From IMG/VR virus record IMGVR_UViG_2974516482_000001, positions 95,225-159,128 of that record: a DNA stretch of 63,904 nucleotides; one strand, given 5' to 3'. The position numbers were made by a program, and so were the translations under genes. The notes beneath the pieces were generated by a model. The model worked only from the letters and a program-made list of their open reading frames with translations, made no database searches and was not told the origin of the DNA. Origin of the DNA: a virus (lineage: Duplodnaviria; Heunggongvirae; Uroviricota; Caudoviricetes; Ackermannviridae). This document shows positions 46,815 to 55,526 of the stretch, one piece after another (within the stretch, counting starts at the first letter, position 1; the number at the start of each line of letters is the position of its first letter).

Positions 46815-48050
46815 TCATCGTTTCAACAAAGACATGAGGTTTACACTGGTCGACTTCGGATTGTCCTCTATCTTCCGGACGGGCATTTTCAGATTAGTGT
46901 AAACCTCAGATGGTTCCCAACGCGTACCCTGCTGCAGGTGCCATATATGTAGAGGAACACCTGTCTCAAAGAACACAGGCATCTTCCACTTCTGGACGCC
47001 AGGAACGTGCCCTGCAGGAGCTTTTTCGCATAACAGGGTATCTGGTAGCCAGAGGGAACGGGCTTCCCATAATGCCTTACAGGAGTACTCAGGCCAGATG
47101 CGTTCCATGTAGTCGATCTCATCCCAAGTACGCTCAGCATCCCACCCGATGTAACGAGTGTTTTTCAGACGGAAGAATTTCTTAAGCCAACAAGCACCGG
47201 AAGTCTCAAAGTTCAAACGATTGATGAACGTGATGTGACCAAACTCGGCGACACAATCTTTGAATGCCTGTTCAAGATCAGCCTCAAGGATGTCGCATTC
47301 TTCATCGGTGATAGGACAGCCGTTGATCTTTTTCTTTCCGTGCTTGGTCACCCAGTCGTCACGGTTTGACAAGAATGCCGCGCCGTTGCGGTTGGACTCA
47401 CTACCATCACGGTCACGCAACATGAACCCAGGGACGTCGATCTGATACATGTTGCCGAATACCATGTTCAGGGCTTCCAGGAAGTTCCAGGCGCTCAGGC
47501 GACCGAAGTATTTCCACCCCATAGCCGTGTCCCATAGCTTAACGAATTGATCACTTTGCAGTTTAGTCTCCAACAACGGACGGAAAGCATCCATCTGAGT
47601 ACGACCAGCCAGCCAATCAATGTAGGACTGAACACACGGGATCATCTTCGACTTACGATAACGACAATCTGTATCGAAGCGCATACGATCAAAGTTCAGG
47701 TTATACCAATCAGAAAATCGCTGAAACTCTTTCGGAGATTGTGGGGGTACAGGAAATTCACTGTAAATTGTCCATGGTCCAATCCCATTATAGCAACAAC
47801 CCCACAAAAAGGCCATCCAAATCTTGCGCTCGATCTTCTCGAGCTGTGTGATGCCTTCTGTAACCTCTATGGCATAATCCATCAGACGGACTTGCTGGTT
47901 ATGCTCTTCAGTGTAGGATAGCGCCTCCACCCATGCCTTGAGCAGGTACATGCGATTTTCTGGCTTACGATAATCTACTGCCAGATCAATCGGGTATTTC
48001 CATTTTTCAGGGGCTTTATACCCCTGCGGCATTTTAGAAATGTGTATCAT
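46815..48050 (-). CDS. aGPT-Pplase-family amino-acid:DNA transferase (thymidine hypermodification)
   Basis: HhH-glycosylase-like KYFGRLSAWNFLEAL, DGSESNRNG and NFETSGACWLKK motifs, plus family context. Confidence 0.7.
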   Translation of the reverse strand: MIHISKMPQGYKAPEKWKYPIDLAVDYRKPENRMYLLKAWVEALSYTEEHNQQVRLMDYAIEVTEGITQLEKIERKIWMAFLWGCCYNGIGPWTIYSEFPVPPQSPKEFQRFSDWYNLNFDRMRFDTDCRYRKSKMIPCVQSYIDWLAGRTQMDAFRPLLETKLQSDQFVKLWDTAMGWKYFGRLSAWNFLEALNMVFGNMYQIDVPGFMLRDRDGSESNRNGAAFLSNRDDWVTKHGKKKINGCPITDEECDILEADLEQAFKDCVAEFGHITFINRLNFETSGACWLKKFFRLKNTRYIGWDAERTWDEIDYMERIWPEYSCKALWEARSLWLPDTLLCEKAPAGHVPGVQKWKMPVFFETGVPLHIWHLQQGTRWEPSEVYTNLKMPVRKIEDNPKSTSVNLMSLLKR

Positions 48051-48232
48051 CCGATTTTACTCCCGAGTTCAACACGGAACGCCAGATAGAAGAAAGTGGC
48101 GATCGATACTGGACAGATCACCAAGAATGGGCGCTGTTGCACCCCTTCTGTGACCATGACGCCGACCAGCGAAACCGTAAAGATAACGAACATCAGCATC
48201 ATGAAGATAAAATCAACCTGCTTGATTTTCAT
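48047..48232 (-). CDS. Small membrane protein
   Basis: Two TM helices. Confidence 0.65.
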   Translation of the reverse strand: MKIKQVDFIFMMLMFVIFTVSLVGVMVTEGVQQRPFLVICPVSIATFFYLAFRVELGSKIG

Positions 48233-48599
48233 CTTTCACTTCCTCTACAGGAGAAACAACTTCAGGCTCAGCTTCGGGAGCCAGCTGAATTTCTTCGGGG
48301 CTTACTACGGGCTGTCCCAGAGACCAGATAGGCAGGAAACGACGATCATTCGTCACCAACCAAATTTGCTTGGCGGTTTTCGTCTTTTCGGAAATAAAAT
48401 GCTGGGCATTGACTTGGGTACGAGCCAAACCCACCTGACGCCAAGAACCGAAATCCTTAGAAGAAGGATTGGTATTCAGTTGAAATTGTGGGACGATTTT
48501 ATTCTGTTCCGGATAATAACGGACAGCGTTAATCATCTTCGCATCACCACGGTAATCAATAGCAACAGCGACAACGTTGCGTGGAATGAGGATTTTCAT
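48213..48599 (-). CDS. Hypothetical protein (128 aa)
   Basis: ORF with AGGA RBS. Confidence 0.7.
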   Translation of the reverse strand: MKILIPRNVVAVAIDYRGDAKMINAVRYYPEQNKIVPQFQLNTNPSSKDFGSWRQVGLARTQVNAQHFISEKTKTAKQIWLVTNDRRFLPIWSLGQPVVSPEEIQLAPEAEPEVVSPVEEVKDENQAG

Positions 48600-48600
48600 T

Positions 48601-48804
48601 TTAATTCCTTTTGAAACTCTGAATTATGTTATAGACGAAAGGCGTTAATAAGATAGCACCCCCCAAATAATATAACGCGTAAACGTTCAATATTTCGGTT
48701 GAATCCAACTCAACGATGCCCAAATATTTCATGACACCGACAAGCACAGCTGTGATACACATCACCAATCCGACGAACACAAAATATTTAGACATCTGTT
48801 TCAT
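48601..48804 (-). CDS. Small membrane protein
   Basis: Two TM helices. Confidence 0.65.
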   Translation of the reverse strand: MKQMSKYFVFVGLVMCITAVLVGVMKYLGIVELDSTEILNVYALYYLGGAILLTPFVYNIIQSFKRN

Positions 48805-48806
48805 TT

Positions 48807-49712
48807 CTAACCCTTACTCAACAGGCCGAGAAGGGATACAGAGGACTTTGTTACCTCTCCCTTGGCGCTCGCCTTGGTTTTAGATTTGGTCGCCTTCTCA
48901 GGGACTCGATGCGCTAGAGGATCATCCCCACCGACTTCACGCGTCATTGGGTCAGTTTCACAGAATCCGTAGAAATCTTTGATGTCCAGACCCATGGCGT
49001 GAAACTCACCACGCATTTGATGATGAATAGCGTTGCCAATCACCCACAAAGGTGCATCAAACGGCATCATGGCTAATTCGCTATCATTTCCTGTTTTGAA
49101 TTCTTGAGTGTTTGTAGACGATTGGCGATACAACACGTCTTGACCGCTGTAATCATTGACCACCACTTCCCAACCCAGCGCCAGCATTTCAGTCTTCGAC
49201 TTCTCAAACTCCTTGGAGTAAGATTCGTTGCGTGACCAGCCGGAGTCCCCTGCTTCCTTACCAGAGCGACCACGGATGCGTGCATCATACTGATAGCGGT
49301 CTGGGTATGCAAAATAAAGCAACGCCAGAGATTCAATCGGATAGTTCTTGAACATCCATTCAGGACGCCATTTATCCGATAGCATGAGGGGTTCACCCTC
49401 GCACACCAAAGTGTAACCCTGAGCCAGCCAGCCTTTGACCAGATCACGGGCGATATCACCCGAGCCTGTGGCAGCATGAATAGCATCCATGGAAGTCCAG
49501 GAAGCCAGACCGGATTTGTTGGACACAGTATACTGGCCAACGAAGATTAACTTCAGCTCTTCGAATTTCAGACCGAATGGGCGCGTCTTGTCACCAATGG
49601 TGTAGGTGAGTTCAGTAGGCTCCAGCTTAGTTCGGAGCCATTCGATGAACTGGACCACTCTCGTACCCTTGCCCGTGGCCGAGGTGCCTTTCACTACAAT
49701 TATTTTAGCCAT
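48807..49712 (-). CDS. P-loop kinase-like protein (301 aa)
   Basis: KGTSATGKGT Walker A and LVCEGEP. Confidence 0.7.
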   Translation of the reverse strand: MAKIIVVKGTSATGKGTRVVQFIEWLRTKLEPTELTYTIGDKTRPFGLKFEELKLIFVGQYTVSNKSGLASWTSMDAIHAATGSGDIARDLVKGWLAQGYTLVCEGEPLMLSDKWRPEWMFKNYPIESLALLYFAYPDRYQYDARIRGRSGKEAGDSGWSRNESYSKEFEKSKTEMLALGWEVVVNDYSGQDVLYRQSSTNTQEFKTGNDSELAMMPFDAPLWVIGNAIHHQMRGEFHAMGLDIKDFYGFCETDPMTREVGGDDPLAHRVPEKATKSKTKASAKGEVTKSSVSLLGLLSKG

Positions 49713-50391
49713 TTAATATTCTCCAACCGAGACATGTTTTAGCCCTACCTTTCAAGAGATTCGTTATATTACCAGAAGGGAGGCCATATTGAAGTTCCAT
49801 ATCGCATCTTCTTAATTCAACGATGCGACCATCTTTGTGCTGCCATTTGTAAATCGTTTCATCGCGGCCAGGACCGATGTCTATCAGGCCAAGAGCATGC
49901 AGCCTCTTCCTGGTTTCCCCTCCACGTGTTTGAGATTCTGAGGATGGTCTTGGCGGCTTTGGTATCTTCCCTTCTGACATCAATTTGCTTATGATCTTCC
50001 CCTTCCTGGCATTTGCTTCAGGGGTGAGTCTTGGAGGTGGCTTGATCTTACCTTCAGCGATCAAACGTTTGCGGGTTACGGCGCTCTTTGCGGATGACTC
50101 TGGCGTGGCCAATGGAGGCTTCCCACCCCCAGCGACCATGTTATAACACCACCCACTATCGAGGATCTCCTGGCAGACCAGTTCAGACTCTATCTCAAGG
50201 ATAAGCGAATCTTTCCCTCGGAACAGAACTTCAAACCTAAACTGATCTTCACCATATTTCTTGAACGCTCGTTGTAATGCAATGCTCCCCTGACCACACT
50301 TGTGTTCGGCCAACCGTCTATTCGGTTCAGAAGTGACACCTATATAGAATTTATGGTTAGTGAGGTTTGTGATCAGGTAGAGCGACAACAT
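49705..50391 (-). mobile_element. Free-standing GIY-YIG (Seg-like) homing endonuclease gene
   Basis: LYLITN...FYIGVT...RRLAEH, ESELV, YNMVAGG and repeated IKPPP DNA-binding modules. Confidence 0.88.
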
Positions 50392-50732
50392 TACACAGCA
50401 TCCTCAATACGCCAGCTCACACCGCCCATCCATGGTGCCCAGAACACAGCAACCTGTGGGCGGCCATTCTCTTCAAACTTCACTTTATACTGGTCGTCGA
50501 AGTTATAGAAAATTTCATCGTCATCTTGTGCCATACCGTTTTCTATCAGAACACGCTTTAACTCCAGCGCCGCACCAACGGAAGTGGGTGTGGTTTGTTT
50601 ACGAATGAAGTTGTTCACATGGATAATAACGCCATCCATATCGCTATCACCGGAACGCTTGTCTGGGGTTTCCCCAAACTTAGATTGTTCTTGCACGATG
50701 TCCTCCTCAACGGACGTATTGATAATGGCCAA
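50391..50732 (-). CDS. Hypothetical protein (113 aa)
   Basis: ORF track. Confidence 0.7.
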   Translation of the reverse strand: MAIINTSVEEDIVQEQSKFGETPDKRSGDSDMDGVIIHVNNFIRKQTTPTSVGAALELKRVLIENGMAQDDDEIFYNFDDQYKVKFEENGRPQVAVFWAPWMGGVSWRIEDAV

Positions 50733-51489
50733 TCAGGCGATTCACCACTTCGACAATATTACAGTTCAGGAAGTCGAAGTGGTTCTGGCCTTCTACTGGT
50801 TTAATATAAAGCATATCTTCCGAGTTCGAAAGATCCAGTTTTTCATAATTTCCCTGAGGAACAAAGATGACAAAAATATTGTTCATCGCACAGGGTTCAA
50901 CGTATTTCGGGTTATCATCAATTAAAACATCACCTGCCAAAAGATGCTTTTCGTCGGTGCTGACAAACCCGTTGAAGATGCCAGGGAACTTGTCATAGAC
51001 AAACTGGCGCTTGCTGCGCTCGTGTTCTGGCTCACACTTAGATACTGCGATCAATTCAACATTTTCAAAGTCTTCGAGAAGGATCTTCTTCAGATTCACC
51101 AGGAACTCGTAAGCGCCTGGAAGCGGGTTCATCTTGGCATACAGGTCCGGCATGCGCCACCAATCCATAGGATCACGTCCTGTAGGTGAATCCATCCATT
51201 GACCAGCAACAAACACACGGCGTGTCAACCATGCTGGGTGAGCGCGTTCCCGCATGAGGATCGCCAAATCACCAGCATGAGCCATATAGCACTCTTTGGT
51301 GATACGCTGGAAATCATTGGGATAGTCATGGCAACCCATGTTTTCAGCAGCAGCTTTTGAATTAGAAATATTAAACCAATCCACCCAAGGAGAGAGGCTA
51401 TCAACCAAAGTCAAGTCTACGTCTACCAGGATACGATACATTCCACCGATTTTAGAATTGGCATCATACAGACCAACATGATTATTCAT
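50707..51489 (-). CDS. HAD-family 5'(3')-deoxyribonucleotidase
   Basis: ILVDVDLTLVD, PLPGAYE, K..F and DVLIDDNP motifs. Confidence 0.8.
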   Translation of the reverse strand: MNNHVGLYDANSKIGGMYRILVDVDLTLVDSLSPWVDWFNISNSKAAAENMGCHDYPNDFQRITKECYMAHAGDLAILMRERAHPAWLTRRVFVAGQWMDSPTGRDPMDWWRMPDLYAKMNPLPGAYEFLVNLKKILLEDFENVELIAVSKCEPEHERSKRQFVYDKFPGIFNGFVSTDEKHLLAGDVLIDDNPKYVEPCAMNNIFVIFVPQGNYEKLDLSNSEDMLYIKPVEGQNHFDFLNCNIVEVVNRLIGHYQYVR

Positions 51490-51844
51490 CAGACTTCTCC
51501 ACTTGATCATAACCAGTTGCGGTGCATTGCTCTTCTGTGCAATCTGCATACAGAACCACAGAAGATTCCTTCACGTAAGTGGTGCAGTGATAGGTTTCAT
51601 CTTCCTGGATGGAGTCATCATAATTGCAAACAGTTTGCAACGGACCAGGAGTGGTGTTATCCAACGCTGCATGTGCCTTGATGGTGTCTTCCATCTTTGA
51701 CATTGCTTGTTGATTGGTGAACGTCGGCGCGTCAAGGTCAACCGAATCCAGAAGAGTTGCACATGCTGACAATGAAAACGCCATGGTCGTCACAGCGAAC
51801 ACCTGCATGATTTTGTAAAAAAGGACATCTTTTTTAAGTTTCAT
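51482..51844 (-). CDS. Putative lipoprotein
   Basis: Basic N-terminus, hydrophobic stretch and LSAC lipobox. Confidence 0.7.
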   Translation of the reverse strand: MKLKKDVLFYKIMQVFAVTTMAFSLSACATLLDSVDLDAPTFTNQQAMSKMEDTIKAHAALDNTTPGPLQTVCNYDDSIQEDETYHCTTYVKESSVVLYADCTEEQCTATGYDQVEKSDE

Positions 51845-51872
51845 AACAATACCTGTTGTCAAAGGGATAACA

Positions 51873-51904
51873 GGGGGAATTATATCCCCCTTTGGTTTAT
51901 TGAA
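51873..51904 (-). promoter_or_regulatory. TTCAAT-N14-TATAAT promoter with the exact -10 as a hairpin loop
   Basis: ggggga-attata-tccccc on the plus strand. Confidence 0.75.
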
Positions 51905-53035
51905 TCAACCTTTCTTGCCCATCATGGACAACAGGTTAACTCGACGTTTATGAGACCAACCAACCACATCCAAGATAGACTGAATTGGCTCTATAAAGGT
52001 CTTTTCAAACGTGGTGTGGTAATCCACCCATTTATCCAATCCCAATTCTGGAGGAAGGAAGTCAGGGAAGGCTATGCGATCATTCCCCACAGGATTGCCA
52101 GGTTTCAGGTTAATGATTTTAACCTTATCACCGGATTCGATAGGCGGAAGACCGAGATCTTCGTGCTTATCGATCAGCTTGTTGTACATAATACAAGCCT
52201 TGGCAGCGAAGTGCGTACCGCTGATGTAATTCCCGTTCGCGTCTAACCACTTCTCAATATCGCTTACACCAGATGCCTGAGCGATATCATCCACGGTGAG
52301 TTCCATATATTCCTTTTTGTATCCAGCGATTAATTCCTGAACCTCCGCCTCAGTACCGAGCAGGACTTTCTCATAACATTTGACAAGACGCTCACGACAC
52401 CATTCCGGCGTTGTAGATTTACGCGCTTCCAGACCTTTGAATTTGATCTTTGGTTTCTCATACTTGATGCCTTCGCTATCGTATACTGCCATGCAATACA
52501 TCTTCTTGGCTCGCCATACAGCAGACGATGCGATGACCTCACGTTCCCAGACCATGCGCTGCTCAAACCCGTTCATGGTATTACACAACAACTGCGCCCA
52601 TTCACTGGTTTTTGGCTGGTAATTCTCTTTGATCCATTGGTCAATGTTATCAACGAGTTTGTGATGGTCCTTTTCTTCAGGCCACAATTGCTTGACCAGG
52701 CGTTCAATGCAAATGTAGTTGGAGTCTGTATCACCTGCGATAACAAAATCCTGACCAGTAGTACCACAAAGTTTGTTCAGATAATCATCAGTGTGGCGTT
52801 TGTTCCATTTATTGATCAGCTGGCCGGAAGTGGTAATTGCTTCAGCGATGTTGATGTTGAAGTATTCTTTAAACCAGACGTTGCTCAGAGCGCCGTAGCC
52901 AGCATTCATGAGGATTTTAAGCCCCTGCTGCATCGTATCTTGGGTGGCGGTTCTCTCATCCTGGTTAAGGATCTCTGTTTCCAACTCTTCGTCCGTCAGA
53001 GTCGTTAACCAATTTTTGTATTCTTCTGGGCTCAT
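51905..53035 (-). CDS. 43: DNA polymerase gp43, C-terminal subunit (gp43B, 376 aa)
   Basis: QGLKILMNAGYG (motif B), AGDTDS (motif C) and a C-terminal clamp-binding-like tail; own AGGTG RBS. Confidence 0.9.
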   Translation of the reverse strand: MSPEEYKNWLTTLTDEELETEILNQDERTATQDTMQQGLKILMNAGYGALSNVWFKEYFNINIAEAITTSGQLINKWNKRHTDDYLNKLCGTTGQDFVIAGDTDSNYICIERLVKQLWPEEKDHHKLVDNIDQWIKENYQPKTSEWAQLLCNTMNGFEQRMVWEREVIASSAVWRAKKMYCMAVYDSEGIKYEKPKIKFKGLEARKSTTPEWCRERLVKCYEKVLLGTEAEVQELIAGYKKEYMELTVDDIAQASGVSDIEKWLDANGNYISGTHFAAKACIMYNKLIDKHEDLGLPPIESGDKVKIINLKPGNPVGNDRIAFPDFLPPELGLDKWVDYHTTFEKTFIEPIQSILDVVGWSHKRRVNLLSMMGKKG

Positions 53036-53081
53036 ACCAATTCACCTATATATTAACGTTAGCACCGTAGAGGACACCAAC

Positions 53082-53924
53082 ATGAATTTTGAAAGATATA
53101 TTAACTTTGTTGTCGCTTGTGACAAATCCAACAGTGGTTCTTCAGCTTATCTAGAGCGCCATCACATAGACCCACTGTGTATGGGAGGGGAAGACAAACC
53201 GTACAATATTTGTTCTCTAACCGCTCGCCAACACTTCATAGCCCATTGGATGTTGTCTAGATTATACCCCGACAACCTGAAGATACTTCAGGCGTTCAAT
53301 ATCATGTTCCACGGAACAACTCGCGTTTCCCGCAATCACTTCAATTCCAAAGCATACGAGGCGCTCAAGATAAAAAGATCCTCACTGATGAAGGGTAAAT
53401 TCCCCGAACACTGGTCGGAAGAACACCGCCCGTCTAAAACAAACTCCACCCGATTTAAAGGGAAAGTGAGAGTATTCCACAAATCGAATCCGAATAAATC
53501 ATACTACGTGGCAAAGGAAGAATTCGAATCCAATCCTGACCTCACTTCATGGTCTAAAGGTTCCACTCTTGCGTATGACAAAGATGGAAACAAACACAGA
53601 GTTCGGGTTGACGATCCCCGCCTCAAAGACGGGTCTCTTACTCCTTCCGGTCGTATCATTGCCCAAAACAACAGAGGCATCAACAACGCAATGTTCAAGG
53701 GACACTACAAGACACCGTTGGGTATCTTCGCGTCCGCAAAAGAAGCCGCCGGAGTTCACGGTATACTTTGGCAAACTGTTATCAAACGGTGTCGGGATGA
53801 GAACAACAAAATCATATCTCATCCCAACACAATCAACCGATCCCAAGACCTGAACATGAACGAACATTCACATTATATCGGAAAGTCCTGGGAAGAACTC
53901 GGCTGGGGATTTATCCCTTGCTAG
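53082..53924 (+). mobile_element. Free-standing HNH homing endonuclease inserted antisense within gene 43
   Basis: ERHHIDPLCMGG...LTARQHFIAH; GAGGA RBS; start refined to 53082. Confidence 0.88.
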
Positions 53925-54343
53925 AGCGATGTTGTTTCTCCTCTTTCGCCCAAGTGAGGAGCTGTTCATGGTTCAACATGACACGTTTCTCTCCTTTACG
54001 GTCAGCGTATATGCCTCGCATAATTTCGGAAAGGAAGGACATCTTCTCATTACTGAAGAACTGAACGTTCGGGGTAAACGAAACGTTATAACGGCGTAAC
54101 GTTTCAAAATGGAATTCACCCAGCGCGACCAATTCATCAACAACTTGTATGCGTTCATCAATAGCACGCTGCAGCTTGTCGTGAAGATTTTTGAGATGAC
54201 GGCGCTTGTTCATAGGCGTTGTCATATCATTCATCGCTTTGGTCAATTCTTCACACATGGACTCAATGATATCGCGACGTGTGTGCTTGTCAGATACGAT
54301 AGTCTCCGGACCGAGGTTGTACTGCTGAATGATGTGTGGATAT
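53911..54343 (-). CDS. 43: DNA polymerase gp43A, exon 2
   Basis: (L)YPHIIQQYNLGPET...FLSEIMRGIYADRK...HRSSKG*. Confidence 0.88.
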
Positions 54344-54503
54344 CGCTTGTGTTCAGGGATGCTCGCTATTTCATCCCCCGTGTTCGTCATTCAGTTTACC
54401 GAACACTGCTGTATGTCACCATACAGGCCAGACTATATCACAATCTCCAGAACTGTCTAGAGATTCTCTCCATTTCGAGGCGCTTGCCCCTACTCTACTC
54501 GCT

Positions 54504-55382
54504 TCAGATCAGACGCTTAGTCGTCGGTCTTGCTTTCGATAGTCGTTGAACCTTGTCACCCACTACTTCAAGGAAATCATCTGGGTTCAACCCAGCGTAA
54601 CCAAAGAGTCGTTTGAAGTTTCTTGCCAACTTGCCCCACTCTACAGTCTTCTTACCTAAATCCTGTTGTGACAAGCAATGAGCAGTTATTTCTTCCCCAT
54701 TCATTCTGGCAAACATTTCCTTTCTTTTCTCTAAAGAATCTTTAAATTTCTTCTTCGCTTTCGGGTCGGTGTTTGGTCCCACCTGACCTTTCTTTGCGCC
54801 TATTATACATTTCAACTCACCTCTCAAATATCTTGGGTCTTGTGTTGAAACTTTAATAACACTACCATCCGGGAGCCTTACGGGTGCTGTTCCTTTATGA
54901 ACTCGACTGGAATTAGCTTTAATTCTTTCGGTAGTTTCTTCATCAGCACCGAAGTAAGTTTTGCCTGCCATGTCTTTCCGTTTGACACCCTTCTTAGATT
55001 CTGATATCTTTCTTCTGACATCATCCCTCTTCGAAGGATTCCCTTCTCCTGTTAACATTTCAACGTTCTTTCTTCTTAGTTCTTCACTTAATTCCCCGTT
55101 ATGGGATTTCATCATGAAGTAGGCGAAGAACGCCGACTTGTCTCCTGGTAATGCTTCGTGTAACAGGCGATGAGCCTCCACATGATCTTTGTACAACAGG
55201 TTTACGATGTTCCATTCTTCTTTAGAGAACTCAGGATAATGCGCCTGAGGCAGTATGTGATGGCGTTCACTGTATTCATCACCACCATAACTGTGTTCCT
55301 TACAAAACTTCAAATATTCTTCTATCTTAGATTCTTCAATTACCAAATCTTTTCGATAGAACAGACTCTTGATTTCCTTCAT
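54504..55382 (-). CDS. Intron-encoded HNH homing endonuclease (292 aa)
   Basis: ERHHILPQA...NIVNL..KDHVEAH and NUMOD-like GNPSKR; the 3' end overlaps the intron core. Confidence 0.9.
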   Translation of the reverse strand: MKEIKSLFYRKDLVIEESKIEEYLKFCKEHSYGGDEYSERHHILPQAHYPEFSKEEWNIVNLLYKDHVEAHRLLHEALPGDKSAFFAYFMMKSHNGELSEELRRKNVEMLTGEGNPSKRDDVRRKISESKKGVKRKDMAGKTYFGADEETTERIKANSSRVHKGTAPVRLPDGSVIKVSTQDPRYLRGELKCIIGAKKGQVGPNTDPKAKKKFKDSLEKRKEMFARMNGEEITAHCLSQQDLGKKTVEWGKLARNFKRLFGYAGLNPDDFLEVVGDKVQRLSKARPTTKRLI

Positions 55383-55421
55383 GACCTTACTCCTTCACCG
55401 TGGTTACAGAGTATTTAGGTC
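55383..55421 (-). promoter_or_regulatory. Late promoter CCTAAATAC with an RBS-sequestering hairpin for the intron HNH
   Basis: gacct..tactc / gagta.aggtc arms; the 3' arm overlaps the AAGGAG RBS. Confidence 0.7.
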
Positions 55422-55526
55422 TTCATGGCCGACCTTGGCTGCTGATTATCTCTGATGAGACTTCCCAGCAATTAAGAGAGTTATTCGATGGTTGTCGCCA
55501 ACCAAAGCCCCTATGCTGCTAATTTA

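Larger units (their letters stand above)
54344..55526 (-). mobile_element. Group IA self-splicing intron (1183 nt) in gene 43
   Basis: 5' exon ends in U (55527), paired with G of IGS UAGGGG. R motif GUUCAACGACUA (54540-54551), S motif GUGAUAUAGUCU (54430-54441), terminal G at 54344. Splicing restores DLNSL-YP. Confidence 0.92.

Noticed and set aside
52908-53081. N-terminal 58 aa of the 338-aa plus-strand ORF
   Set aside because: It is antisense to gp43B coding sequence; the real start is the ATG at 53082 with a GAGGA RBS.
53036-53910. A second group I or II intron in gene 43
   Set aside because: No R/S core motifs or domain V were found on the minus strand. The interval is filled by the antisense HNH ORF. 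Exon 2 has a stop and the distal part has its own RBS and ATG. No convincing in-frame U|...G| junction was found.
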